Source: Calcarisporiella thermophila CBS 279.70
Lineage: Eukaryota > Fungi > Calcarisporiellomycota
NCBI RefSeq assembly: GCF_041956535.1
Contig: NW_027192200.1
Span: forward strand, 515,477-579,476
Direction: 5' to 3'
DNA length: 64,000 bases
Part shown: in pieces, positions 11,234-24,154 of the stretch
Numbering within the stretch: position 1 is the first letter of the stretch
How the letters are laid out: each line of letters begins with the position of its first letter
Notes under the pieces: generated by a model
Told to the model about the DNA's origin: nothing
The model's database searches: none
The model's input: the letters and a program-made list of their open reading frames with translations, nothing else
Program-made: the position numbers and the translations under genes

Positions 11234-14200
11234 ATGCAGTCGCCCATCCTCGATGCCTACGTTAGAGGCACTCTCGTCTGGATTCCTATCAAGGATCAGG
11301 AGGGGGACGAGGAGTGGGTGGCGTGTGAGATCCTCTCGAAGCACATATCCGAGGGCCAATTCCGGCTGGTGGCAATGGATGAAAAGGGCAAGGTAAAACC
11401 CGATTCCGCCCAACATCCTCTGACGAGGCCGAGAATACTTATCCGTTCTACACTCTAGGAACATGTTATCGAATCCTCCATAGAAAATGGGGAGCTTCCG
11501 CCGCTGCGTAATCCACCCCATCTAGAGCTCATCGACGATCTTACACAGCTTACTCATTTGAATGAGCCATCAGGTGAGTGCATGGCCCTGGATTAGGGAC
11601 TTTTGCCATCTTGAGCACAGATGGGTCTCAAATGTATGTTTTTTTTTTTCCAGTTTTGCACGCAATAGAGTCTCGATATGCCAAGCAGAATATATACACG
11701 TACTCGGGCATTGTTCTAATTGCAGTAAACCCCTTTGAGCGTGTGGATCTCTATGGCCCGGAGACGGTAAAGGCTTACTCGGGTGCACGGCGAGGAGAGT
11801 TGCCTCCCCATCTCTTTGCCATTGCTGAAGATGCCTTCCGCTGTATGCTCCGAGAGAAGCAGAACCAGACTATCGTTGTTTCGGGAGAGAGGTTGGCTGC
11901 TGCTTTTTCTAAAAGAGGTGCCAAGGAGGCATTAACCCCCTCTTGTTATCATTTTCTAGTGGTGCAGGAAAAACCATGAGCGCAAAATATATCATGCGAT
12001 ATTTTGCATCCGCCGAGGATCATGCCCTGGGTGACGGTGCGGTCACGGTTGATACCTTCAGGATCGAGAAGCAGATCCTAGGTACGCTTATGCCAACAAA
12101 TAAAACCAGCTGCTACTTGTATATTATTATGATATTCACCTCTATATTATGCTACCTATTTTGTCAGCAACGAACCCCATCATGGAAGCATTCGGAAACG
12201 CAAAAACCACTCGGAACGACAACAGTTCGCGATTTGGGAAATATATCAAGGTATTTTCGACGATGGTGTTTTGCCTTGGCGCTCTTCCTCCTCATGTGGA
12301 TTGAATTTATTTATCATGGTGTTAGATTCAATTTGACGAAAAGGCAAATATTGTTGGCGCGAAAATCAATACCTATTTATTGGAAAGATCCCGATTAGTT
12401 TATCAACCGGATACCGAGCGAAATTATCATATCTTCTATCAGGTAAGCGGCATCAAAGCCCTATTCTCTTTCCTAGTACAAGTATACTGAGCCCCATTTT
12501 TTTTATTAGCTGTGCGATGGAGCCGACGAATCTCTACGGGAAGAGCTGAGTCTCGAGAGGTGCAACCGGTTCCATTACCTTAACCAAGGCGGGGTCACTA
12601 CGATACCAGGGGTGGATGATGCCAGAGATTTTGAAGCAACACGCAGTGCCCTATTGACAGTTGGCATTGGCGAGGATGTTCAACACGACATTTTCCGCTT
12701 GCTTGCCGCATTGTTGCATGTGGGGAATATACACATCTCGGGTCGGAACGAGGCGCTAATTGCAGAGGATGACCCGCATCTGCACAATGCCTCCCGTCTC
12801 CTCGGAATCCAACCCGGCGAGTTCCGCAAGTGGATCATGCGTCGCCAGATTGCCACCCGCTCCGAGCGCATCGTCACCGCGCTGAACCCCGCCCAGGCGG
12901 TGGTGATTCGCGACTCTGCCGTGAAGTACGTGTACGTGAATCTCTTCGATTGGCTCGTCAACGTGATCAACGAGGGCCTCTCGCGGGCCGGCGCGGCTGA
13001 GCGCAATTTCATTGGGGTGCTTGACATTTATGGGTTTGAGCACTTCAAGAAGAATTCCTTTGAGCAGCTGTGCATCAACTACGCGAACGAGAAACTGCAG
13101 CAAGAGTTCAACGCGCACGTGTTCAGGCTCGAGCAAGAGGAATACATACAGGAGCAAATAGACTGGACGTTTATTGAATTTGCCGACAACCAGGCCTGCA
13201 TCGAGATGATCGAGGGTAGACTAGGAATTCTCCCGCTACTCGACGAAGAGTCACGGCTGCCGTCGGGGTCGGACCAGGGGCTCTGCACAAAACTATACCA
13301 GCAGTTCACCGATGCACCGAATTTCCGCAAGCCACGCTTCGGGGGTGGCAGCGCATTCACCATTGCCCACTATGCCCACGAGGTCACGTATGATGCGGAG
13401 GGCTTCTTGGAGAAGAACCGTGACACGTTGCCGGATGAGCATCTCACCCTGCTTCAATCAACCGACTTCAACTTCCTGCGCAAGGTGCTCTCAAGCGGTG
13501 CCGTGAGCCCTCCCGTAAACAAACGCGCGAGCATCGCGGCCAAGAAGCCTACCCTCGGCTCGATCTTCCGCCAGTCTCTCATCGGATTAATGGAGCTGAT
13601 GCGGTCCACCAACGTCCTGTACATCCGGTGCGTGAAGCCAAACGTCAACAAGAATGCGTGGGAATTTGACCGCATGATGGTGCTATCTCAGCTTCGGGCA
13701 TGCGGTGTCCTTGAGACCATCAGAATTAGCTGTGCCGGTTATCCAGCACGGTGGCTTTACAGTGAGTTTCTGGAGAGGTTTGGCATGTTGCTTCCCGCCG
13801 CAGATAAGACCGCGCAGCACCTCTCCCTTAAAGACAAGAGCCTCGCGATCTTGGACGTCTCCCGAACCAACCATCCCGACCAGTACCGCCTGGGAAAAAC
13901 AAAAATATTCTTGAGGACCACTCTGGTAGTGCGCCATAAAAAAATGCCTGCTTTTTTTATCCTTTTTTACTCAAACGTCTCTCTTTTGCATTTTTTATTT
14001 CACTTTTCTAGCTCGCGGTTTTGGAGGGCCGTCGATCGGAGAAGCTCGACTCCAGCGCGGTTGTTCTCCAAAAGCATGTGCGATCGTTTTTGTGTCGGCG
14101 TCGTTACTTGCGAATTCGCGGGGCCATTATGCGTTTACAATGCTGTGCACGTCGCTATATTGCCCGGCAGCATCTGCGGGCGATGCGGGAGGAGCGCGCT

Positions 14201-16696
14201 GCCGTCACTTTGCAGAAAGTGTGGAAGGGATACCGAGCTCGCAAGCAGTACTGCCAGCAGAGATCGGCGGTCTTGCAGCTGCAGAGAGTGTTTCGCGGCC
14301 ATGTCCAGCGTAAACGCTTTGTGGCGCAGCGACATGCGGCCATTCGAGTGCAGAGCCTTTATCGGGGTTGGATCGCGCGGCGACACTACACGCGGTGTCG
14401 AAAGCAGATCATCCGATCTCAGTCGTATGTTCGAGGATTTATTGCGCGCAAGGAAAGAGCCCGCCTCGAGGAAATCCGTGCGAACGAGGAGAAGGAGAGA
14501 AGGAAGCGGGAGAAAGAGGAGGAGGAAAAGAAACTGCTGAAGCAGAAGGAGCAGCAAGAGCTGGAGGAACGCCAAAAAGCGATGGAGGCCGCCGCCAATG
14601 CGGAGCGCCTGGCTCTAATCGACTCCCTGCCGTTGCCAAATAGGGTGGCCGAAATATCGATCACGCTTGCGCACCAAAAGAAGGAGAAAGAGGAGCTCAA
14701 GTTGCGAGCGAGTCGGCTGGAGACGCGGGTGCGCTCTTGGATCGACAAGTATGCACGGCTCGAGCGAGTGTGGCAAGAGGTGGAGGAGGCATACGCGAGC
14801 GTCCAGAGCCCGCGTCGCTCCCGGGGTGATCTCGGCTCTGCTTTTGGATTGCGGCCCGATACGCCCGAGAGCAATGAGAGCATCTCGTCTCTGGGCGGTG
14901 ACGAGGAGCTACTGCAGTTGCACACGGAACTACAGCGCAAGAAGGCTGAACTTGCGCGCCTCCGAACCGCTCGTTCTGCCCCCTCCTCCCCCTCGTCCCC
15001 TCGCCTTCCTGGATCCCTGCAACGCCAGTACTCCGTCAGCGGCTCCCCCGACACGGATGTTTCGCGGTTAAAGCGAGAGATAGCGCGGCTCAAGGCAGAA
15101 ATGTCCATCAACCGACGCCACTCTCATAAGCCGCCCGCCAACGGCATTAATGGGGTCGGGTTCGAAGCGGTGCACGCCCTAAGCCGCCATGCTTCTGTTG
15201 CAGGCATCGTACAGGTCAACGGCCACCACGCCCAAAAGAACCCCTACAAGGGTGTGCGCCACCTCTACGAGAATCCGACGGGGGAGCTGGCTCAATTTTT
15301 GGAGCAGGAAGGCGACTCGCTGCGGGATGAGATTGTGGAAGAGCTAGTGCGCGGGTGCAAGCACTCTTTGCCAACCGCTCCGCCGGCCCCATCCCACGAA
15401 CTCTTATTCCCCGCCCGGGTGGTTGCTTTGTCCCTGATTCTGCTCTCGCGGCTTAATTTGACGCGGGACGCCGAGCACTTGTTGGCCGGGGTCATTGGGG
15501 CCATTCAAGAACAATGCCTGGTATGTGGTTCCCATTCGATGAAGGGGCAATGCCACGGATACTGACTAGAAGCGTTATTTTTTTTATTTTGATTTGTTTT
15601 GAAATACGTAGCATCGCCAGGGAGATGAAGCCATTCTTGCAGGGGCCTACTGGCTACGGAATGCAATCGAGCTCCACTCGCAGATCGGCGCCGAGATGGG
15701 CTCGAAGCATAGCGGCGTGGCCGCCATGAAGCACGAGATCAAGAGGCTCATTGCGCGGATACACGGGGGGTGGACCGGAGAGTTGCGACGATTTTTCACC
15801 CCGATGATTGTGCCCGCGGTGGTGGAGTGCCAGTCCCTGCCCTACTTCGTCACCAGCACCAATGGGCATCACCCGACCCAAATGGCCACTCCAGACTCTT
15901 CGCCCGTGGTGGGCTCCTTCGACATGACGGAGCCCGCAACCACGGAGACGCTTCTCAAGGCGCTACATAGGCTGTGGAAAATAGTCAAAGGATATGGGCT
16001 GGAGGACGTGGGCCGTCGAGCCATCCTCATGATCATCAAAACGATCGGAGTGCTCTCCTTCAACGAGCTCTTGGAACGCGAATCATTTTGCTCCTGGAAA
16101 CGAGGTAGGTTCCCGCTACGCTCACCTCCTCTCCCATCGTCTTGTGGGTGTGATTTTTCTAATATTCCTATCTTAGCCATGCAAATTCAGCACAACCTGC
16201 TCCGCATTGAAGAGTGGTGCAAAGGTCACGTGCCGGATGCGTGCCTGCATCTGGAGCCTGTGATGCAGGCAACCAAGCTGCTGCAGCTCAAGAAGGCCAC
16301 CGTGGACGACATCGGGGTGATGTCGGAGCTGTGCTGGGCGCTGACTCCTGCGCAGGTGCATCGCCTTGTGTCCCGGTACCATGTGGCCGACTATGAGAAC
16401 CCCATTGCTCCCGAAGTCCTGGAGGCGTTGGCGAGCCGGGTGCAACCTGGAGACCAGTTGGCTTTGGCGCTTCCGGAGTCGGAAGAAGAGGTGGCGTTGG
16501 ACGGCGAGGTGGACAGAGCGATGATGCTGAGCGACGAGTATATTCCTAGATGTGTGAGTAGTCGACTCTTTCCCAACCTGCCCTTTTTTTCTCGCCCGTA
16601 CTCACTTTTGAATCTCTGTGGTTGTAGTTGAAGCTCGGTCAGGTTCGACGCTTGATGCACTTGAGTTCTTCGCTGGTCGAAGTCGGAGGAAAATAG
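11234..16696 (+). CDS. MYO2: Class V myosin heavy chain (motor, about 6 IQ motifs, coiled coil, dilute domain)
   Basis: GESGAGKT (split by an intron), [16 protein letters not shown] and [14 protein letters not shown]; repeated LQxxxRGxxxR IQ motifs; dilute-domain CSWKR...IEEWCK...[11 protein letters not shown]. Roughly 11 introns; stop TAG 16694-16696. Paralog identity is uncertain. Confidence 0.95.
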
Positions 16697-17374
16697 GCTT
16701 GGATTTCTTCCCCCCCAATATGACTAGGCCTGAGATGGACCTGTTTTCCTTTTCTAGTGTTGTATATTTTTTTTTCCTTTTCTTTCGCTTTTTTCTATTT
16801 TTACTCGTCTCTTCGTGCTAGCAGCCTTCACTTCCCCCTAGATTCACTCGAGGAATTTTTTTTTTCTATTTTGGTTTTCTCTGCTCTCTACCGTTTTTTT
16901 CCCGCCGGTTCTCTGAATCTTTTCTTCCCTTTATTACGCAAAATGTATAAATTATTTTTCCTTCGCTGTTTCATCGAATATACATATATAATCTTAGCTG
17001 CATTTATTTTTATCTCTAGACGACGAAATTTCACACCCATTTCCTTTCCGCCTGAGCTCTCACTTGCTCCCACATCACTCGATTTCTATCTGTGGGAAAT
17101 TTCAGTGGCTTCGCCTCTCACCCAAACCCGGATGGAAACGATCGGATCTACTCTCAAATTAGGGCGGCCGCATAACCTGAGGTCTCTCTCCTGCAAAAAC
17201 AAGTCACCGCACACATAAGCATATAGCAGGTGTCCTTAATAGGGCTCAATGCATCCGGTTCAGTGGGAGCACCGCCCGATGATTTGCTGCGCGTCTCTCC
17301 TTCCCCTATGCTCGGTGACTTAATGATGAGTTCAGCGCTTGCCGCGATAAAAATAGATCTGCAACGTCAAAAAG

Positions 17375-17380
17375 TATAAA
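17375..17380 (+). promoter_or_regulatory. TATA box of small secreted protein gene
   Basis: TATAAA followed by a CT-rich tract, about 110 bp before ATG 17486. Confidence 0.55.
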
Positions 17381-17485
17381 GACGCTTGAAAATCTCCCTC
17401 GTCTCTCCATCCTCCTTCCCTCCTTCTAAATTCACCCATTTAACACACCCAATCGCCATATAGTATTGAGATTCGAACACGCAAC

Positions 17486-17943
17486 ATGAAGCTATTCCTC
17501 ACCACTGCGCTTCTTCTCTTCGCCGGGCTGGTGAATGCCGGGCCAGCGACTCCGGAGCAGATTGCAGAGGCCGCGCGCCACTGCGACCAATTGATGCGTG
17601 CGGGCGTGATCCAGGATTTGTACCTGAAGACGTTTGCAAAGCCCAACTTCCAGGGGCCCGCTATTGACGACAAGAAAAACGTGGCCAATCTCGCCTGTAT
17701 CAATCTGAAGAAGGGGACCACCATTCGGAGCTTGCAGACGGGCACGTACACGCATATCGTGTGCTACGCGGTAAGTTGAGATGTAGAAACTGGGTGGAAG
17801 CTCTCCGGAGGGTACTTACCTTTGCATGGGTCCTGTAGGGCGAAAACTGCGCGGGTGACACCGTCTACGATGGACTTGGCCCAGACAGCGACAGCAACAT
17901 CAACACCCCCGCCTGCAGGCTTTACTGCGGAGAGAATGAGTAA
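17486..17943 (+). CDS. Small secreted Cys-rich protein (129 aa), possible beta/gamma-crystallin-like fold
   Basis: Signal peptide MKLFLTTALLLFAGLVNA; intron 17771-17838; second exon GENCAGDTVYDGLGPDSDSNINTPACRLYCGENE*; 6 Cys. Confidence 0.8.
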
Positions 17944-18370
17944 AAGTTTCCAGGCCCATGTGGCGAGTGGATCACCCTGAGTTCAAGCTCTATGTGGCTG
18001 CTGTATCCTTTATGATAGCTCGGTATTTGCCAACCAAACTTACTCTTCCTTTGTATTATTACACAAATAACAAGTATGACTTCCATCGTGTATGAAACCT
18101 GAGAAACTTGAAGTAGAAGCGTTCTTATTTCCAATGCCACATAGAGTGTATCCCGCTCGCTTTAGGATGTATTTCAAATCATCCCAATAAAGCCATAGTG
18201 AGGTTCGGGAGATCAGCCCTATTTCGGGGCAAATATTGAGACTGCAGGCTCTCTTGCCCAATTTGCACTTGCCCTCCATTGGCATGTGAAGCTAAGCCAC
18301 CTCGGCCTCTGAGTGAGAAAAAGAGAAGGGACTCTCTAGGTTGGAGTCTTCGAAAAATCGTATATTAAGA

Positions 18371-19216
18371 ATGCAAAAACGACTGTCATATATTATTGCA
18401 GCGATCCTTCTTTTATCCCTGCTGTCCGCCCCAACCTCCGCTCATGAGATTGGCCAGCCCCATTGCGACCCTGAGCTCCGCCTTGAAAATCGGCTCTCTC
18501 GTGGCGATCCGAATCAGTATGTGGACAAAATTTTCGCGAATCCCGAATCCAGCAGGCATTCGGCCTCCCCCTCTCCACATTCCTCCACCCTTGCGCAAAC
18601 GCTGCCCACCACGCCGGCCCAATGGCTCCTCCTGGGCGCCCAATCGGCCTTCTATGTGTGCTTTACATTCTTCAAATTATTCCTTCGCATCTTCTTGATT
18701 CTCTATTCGGTGGTGCGCTTCATCCTATCCCCGTTCATCGCCATCATCAACTTCTTCCTCCTCGTTTTTGTTCGCTACCCATTCAGCCTTGTATACCAAG
18801 TGAATGCCGCGCTGTTTCCCGCGTACGCATTCTGTGCCTTTGCCGCTCTCGTGGGTGCGGGTGCGGGCGCCGCCACCGGATGGGTGAGCGAGGTGATTGC
18901 CGAGCAGGCGGAAAAATTTAGCACGCTTGGGCGCGATATTGCTTGGGATGGCGGCGACCGCAAGGTCTTGTCCTCGTCGGGCTTCTCAACTCCGCGCTTC
19001 ATCCCTGAGAAGGCGGAGGCGGTTGAGCGCGGGTGGTTGCGGCGGAGACGGTCACTGGTCGGGCTGGGGCAGGATGCTCTGAACCGGATGCGCATGTCGG
19101 GCCATCGAGAGCAGGGCTGGAAAAAGAGGGAGATGCCCAGGGCAGATGAGGACGAGTTTGGCGAGTGGACATGGAGCGACTCCGAATATGAGGTGCCCAC
19201 CCGAAGCGTGCAGTAG
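18371..19216 (+). CDS. Uncharacterised membrane protein with N-terminal signal peptide
   Basis: Long intronless ORF with hydrophobic N-terminus (YIIAAILLLSLLSAPTSA), long hydrophobic central segments (..YAFCAFAALVGAGAG..) and a charged C-terminal tail. Confidence 0.75.
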   Translation: MQKRLSYIIAAILLLSLLSAPTSAHEIGQPHCDPELRLENRLSRGDPNQYVDKIFANPESSRHSASPSPHSSTLAQTLPTTPAQWLLLGAQSAFYVCFTFFKLFLRIFLILYSVVRFILSPFIAIINFFLLVFVRYPFSLVYQVNAALFPAYAFCAFAALVGAGAGAATGWVSEVIAEQAEKFSTLGRDIAWDGGDRKVLSSSGFSTPRFIPEKAEAVERGWLRRRRSLVGLGQDALNRMRMSGHREQGWKKREMPRADEDEFGEWTWSDSEYEVPTRSVQ

Positions 19217-19516
19217 CCCCAGTCCAAAGGAGAAAAAAACCTACCGTGTTGTGATGGAGAAGCATTTTACACCCTGTATATACTCTTTACCCCCGTTTCC
19301 TTTTCCTTTCTCTTTCTCTCTCTCTCTCCCCTCTCCTTTTTTCTTATCCCCCCCCTTCCCCATTGAACTCTCAAAACTCATTGCCGTCTTGTGTTACCAT
19401 CGTATATGTTGTGACTGCCATTTTGTTTACTACTAATAAGTATCATATTGGGGGTGCTTGCTTGTTCTAGTATTTGTCCATTTATTAAACATTACATTGA
19501 ACAGCGGCATCCAGCC

Positions 19517-20030
19517 ATGGGAACTAGAAACGCACCGTTTAAAAAGACGCAGAACCTTTACAAAAAGCGACGAGTCGACAAGAAGGCGTACAAGACTCGT
19601 GCGCTTCTGGCGCCGTCCGCCGTCGAAATGAAGAAGGAAGTGAGCAAGAAGAAGGCGAAGAAGCTGGAGCGAGCCTTGAAATTCGTAAGTGGTTTTGACA
19701 TTGGCCAAGTCGGCGGCGCCCCATGAATACTCGGGTCGTTGGATCGGCTTTCCGCATTCCATTTTGCATTAACCAGGAAACTTTCTATGCATTAGGAGCA
19801 GCAACGGTTAGCCGAGAAGGGTAAATTAGCGTTGGAGGTGGATATGGAAGGTAATCAATGGAATTCAACTGATTGTAGCGGTGAACTTTCGTATTCACGG
19901 CATTTTATTTTTTATCTCGTATCTCACAGATGTCGAGGCTTCTGCATCGAATGACAATACCGCGAAGCCAGAAATCACACCAATCTTAGGGGGCAGCGGC
20001 ACTGTATTGGGCGGCGTCCCCCCGAACTAA
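19517..20030 (+). CDS. ALB1: Alb1-like pre-60S ribosome biogenesis factor, 3 exons
   Basis: Exons 19517-19684, 19796-19850 and 19930-20030. VSKKKAKKLERALKF and the C-terminal GSGTVLGGVP resemble the yeast Alb1 motifs LSKKRAKKIERNLKY and GQGTTLGGP. Confidence 0.8.
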
Positions 20031-20425
20031 GCCTTCTTTGTAACATTAGTATCCATCCTGGCCTTGATTTTTTTTTTACTTCCTAATGATCTTGTACCGA
20101 ACTCTGCATTCTTACCCACTTGTTATTTCTTGAACACTGCCCCACGATATTAAACTGATTTCCGCCTCTTACACCCCGAGCTCTCTCGACAGCCAGCTTT
20201 CGGCCAAAATGACCCTGCCCCACGGCATACAGCCTTCCATAGAAACGATGTCGGGGGGGGGGGGGGACCCGCTGGGCCCTCCTCCAGCAGTATATTTGTG
20301 ACGTTGGATGTGTTCATTTGAAATAGAAAATTATTAGGGTGGGGAAGATTCCCGAGTACAGGGTTGAAGAGAATAAAAAGAAATAAATATCCATTGTCCA
20401 AGAGTCCCAATTTTAGATTCCAAGG

Positions 20426-22567
20426 TCAGAGCCTCGCAGTGAGGTCCTCGTTCAAAAGAGCGGGGGAGGGGGGGAGTCCTATGAGCACTCCCTTGGATTT
20501 CTTGTGCAGGACCTCGATGAGATGCAGGACGCGCGTCTTACCTAGATGGTTCGAGAAACGAGAAAGGTCAGCCAAGTTCACTCCTCAAGGCCTCCGCCTT
20601 TTGCAGAGCAGCCGCAACGCTTACCCCTATTATCGTCGCGTCGATTTTTTCCCTCCCTCCTGAACTCCCCGATCTCCTCGGCAAAGTCCCACAGCGGCCC
20701 CTCCGCAATCACCGCCCCGTTGATGTCGCGCTTCGGGGCAAACGAGGGGTGCAGCGCGATGTAGTTCTGCGACCTGGTCACAATGCCGTAGTACTCCAGC
20801 CGGTCGAGCGCGTTCCGCAGGGTCTCCTTCGAAACTGCCTCCAGGTAGGAGAGGTCACCCTGCCAGTATAAGGTTTGACCGAGGGATTGTGTGATTTCGA
20901 AGAAGATCTTCTCCGCCATCCACGCCATCTCCACGTTATGGGAGTAGGGGGGGGCGAGGGCGAAGAGCGACATGGTGGCGAGCCAGTAAGTCTCGACAAA
21001 CGGCCAGATCAGGAAGCAGTAAAAGTCTAGCGACGAGGGACCAGGTTAGTCATGGGGTGCGATGGCTCCAGCAAATGGAGTCCAGCTTACCGTAGTTTTC
21101 ACGCCCCAGTGTGCGCTCCATATCCGATAGCCCAATCATATCCCCTTCTATCGTCAGGACGTGTTTATTCTATTATGATAAAAAAATAGAATGGTTGGCT
21201 TTCAATGGCGGTAGGATGGAAACGAGATACTTGCGAGCAAATATTCCAGGGTCTCGTCGAGGTTATTGCGCACGTCAGCCGTCTGGTAGACAAACTCCAG
21301 CTTGAGCAAACTGGAGAGAAAGATAACTTTGTCGAGCAGCTGGGTGTAGGGCATGCGCTGCGTAGACTTGGACCCTCCGAATTTGACTTGGGTATAAAGG
21401 GAGACGGAGAGAATGGCTACAAGAGAGGCAAGGTCAAGTTCCACTCTCGAACAGTAGAGAGCATCCAGATCAATTACCTTCGGGAACAAATAAATGCATC
21501 AGCTGGTTCCGATAATAACTCAATTCGAATCTTTTGGTCGCGTAGTAGATCGGCTCCAGCAGATCCTTTTCCTTGTTCATCGCCACGAGGCCCTTGAGCA
21601 CCTCGATAGCTCTAACGTTTAGGTTAATAGGCTGAGTAGGAAGGTGGTTAGACGGCCATGGATTATCCCCCTACCTCTCGACAATCTCCGACACCGTCTT
21701 GTCCCCAAAGTCGGCAACATTTCCCCCCTTGGCCAGGATCTCTCGACGAAGCCATTCAACGCGGCGAATTAGCTTTGGAGTTTTTTTTTTTTGTAAAATA
21801 TTGAGCATAATGCCTGAATTCAAGACGGTCAATAAAAAAAAACCAAGAATAAAGAGGATACCTCATTACGTGCGACCCCCTATTCATAAAGGAATTACTC
21901 AATATTGGGCTCAACCACTTAATTAACTAGATATTTACCCTGCTTCTCAACGTCAGCAGCACTGTCCCAACCAGACTAGTGGGCATGACCACCGATGCAG
22001 CATTCTAAAATGGAAGCGCCAATGAATTGAACAAAATAGCCCTTCATAATAAAAACTAAAACTTGTATGCATACGATATCGGCAAGAATTCGGTATCCAA
22101 AAGAGAGCAGCAATATTTTTTTGTCCTCGGGGTTATGTGGGTTAAAGGGGCTGTGGGAAAGGGGAGAAAGTTGTGAAAACGTGCATTCATCCACACTTAG
22201 TCTCCTCTGTTAAAAATATATATATATAACCTACCTGCGACGCTCTGTCTGTTGGGCGATGAATTCTCGCATCGAAAACGCCTTTCCAAACCCAACGTCG
22301 ATTCGCCCCATCTTCATATGAAGCAGATGGGTACTTGAAAAGAGCCCCCACAGACTCTCGCGCTCCTTTGGATTGCCCAGTAGCTCGTTGGCATAGCCCT
22401 CGGTCTCGATCACTTTGTCATAGCCGATGGACACAGGGACAATGATGGCATCCTTGTTGGTATCCGTGTCGGGTGATATAATGTAGTCGAGGATGATTTT
22501 GAGGATCCCAAGCTTGGGAGGCAGCAGTTTTCCTGGTTGGGAGAGGGGAGAGAGAGGGAGAGAGAGA

Positions 22568-22599
<32 letters not shown>

Positions 22600-22803
22600 A
22601 GNNNNNNNNNNNNNNNNNNNNNNNNNNNNNNNNNNNNNNNNNNNNNNNNNNNNNNNNNNNNNNNNNNNNNNNNNNNNNNNNNNNNNNNNNNNNNNNNNNN
22701 NNNNNNNNNNNNNNNNNNNNNNNNNNNNNNNNNNNNNNNNNNNNNNNNNNNNNNNNNNNNNNNNNNNNNNNNNNNNNNNNNNNNNNNNNNNNNNNNNNNN
22801 NNN

Positions 22804-22854
<51 letters not shown>

Positions 22855-24154
22855 TAGTTTAGCACCCAAGGGCCTAAAACCCGTCCATATCTCCTGGAGT
22901 TACCCGTTCTTGAGCGGGTTCCCTCGATATAGCATTCAATGTTATGTCCACATTCTAGCAGCTGCTGGATGTACTCGCTGACCACCGACGCATAGAGCGG
23001 GTCTCCAGCCCAGGTCCGCTTGATGAAGAAGGCGCCGCCCCCTTTGAGGAATTTGCCAAGCAGCGGAAGATCTAGGTTGTTTCCCGCCGCAATGTGAGGC
23101 AGTGCGATTCCCGTCCTCATCAGAAGGAAGCTGATCACCAAATAGTCGAGGTGGGATTTGTGCGAAGGGAGGAATATCAGCGGGTGCTTGTTCTTGGCCG
23201 CCTTATTCGCCACATGTCGCAGCTAGGATGGATCGGAAGAGAGAGGTTAGGCAGGTCAGCCCCCAGAGGGGAACGAAACAGGCCATACCTCCATCAGCTC
23301 ACTCTGCCGTATGAAAATGCCGTGGGGGTACATTCGCGCGAGGATGATGTTAATAATGAAAGCAAATAGCCTACAATACTTAGGGGGTAAGTACGAAGTA
23401 GGATGCGGAGCGCACCGCTGGAATAAAACAATACGTACTTGATATGATTGACGCTGTTCAGCTCCGCGCAAAGGGTGTTCACCATATCTCTTGCATTTGC
23501 ATGCAGCTCCTCCTCGACCCAATTTTGCTGACTCTCCGCTGAGCCTCCTTTGTCCTGTCCTCGGGGCATGGGGGAGGCCCGGTGGCTCCTTTTTGAAGTG
23601 AGAGCAAGAGCCCCCTTTTCCTTGGCCAGCTTATGGATAACGGACCTCACTAATTAAATCCATGCGTTAATTAAAAACGATCAAGCAGGGATGAAGCAAC
23701 GGATGGATCTCAGCATTTACATCTCGGGCTCTCAATGACACGCTGCTTCATCTCTGTGGAGTAGGTTTTGAACAAAATCGGCTGGCCAAGATAATAGTTA
23801 TACCCTCTCCATCCCTAAGCAGCTAACGTTTTATACCCAAGCCAAGGGCAACAAAAAGCGGGCATCCCAAACTTACTGTTCCCTGGTAATAGGCATTTAT
23901 TTGCCTCAGAAATGCCAGGGGATCTTCGCGGAAGCGATTTGGAAAGCGCCGGCTTTCATGGGAAAGAGCAGAATTGACCACATTATTCTTCAATGTCACG
24001 GATTAAGAGGAGAGCAGACTCACGTCAGATTCTTGTGCTCTTTCAAGTATTCATTTTCGTATTCATCCTTTTCCATCTTTCGAGAGGAGGATGCGGATGC
24101 AGGGGGTACCGAATCCGTATCAGAGGATGGTTGCTCCGTGGATGGTTCCGACAT
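20426..24154 (-). CDS. Glycerol-3-phosphate / dihydroxyacetone-phosphate acyltransferase (GPAM/GNPAT family), many exons, C-terminal PTS1-like ARL
   Basis: Acyltransferase motifs LPSHKSHLDY, GGAFFIKR, YIEGTRSRTGK and IVPVSIGYD; FRREGKNRRD near the end; the last exon ends ...EDLTARL* (TGA 20428-20426). Confidence 0.9.
22541..22850. repeat. (GA)n microsatellite interrupted by an assembly gap (N 22602-22803), intronic
   Basis: GA repeats on both sides of the N run, between the EGTRSRT and GKLLPPK exons. Confidence 0.95.

Noticed and set aside
12680-15504. Long antisense and alternative-frame ORFs over myosin (likewise over HMT1, bHLH, chitin synthase and eIF4E)
   Set aside because: Shadow ORFs expected from GC-rich codon usage; no independent motifs.
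22231-22981. ORFs with SLSLSL or ERERER runs spanning the N gap
   Set aside because: Translation artefacts of an intronic (GA)n microsatellite and the gap.
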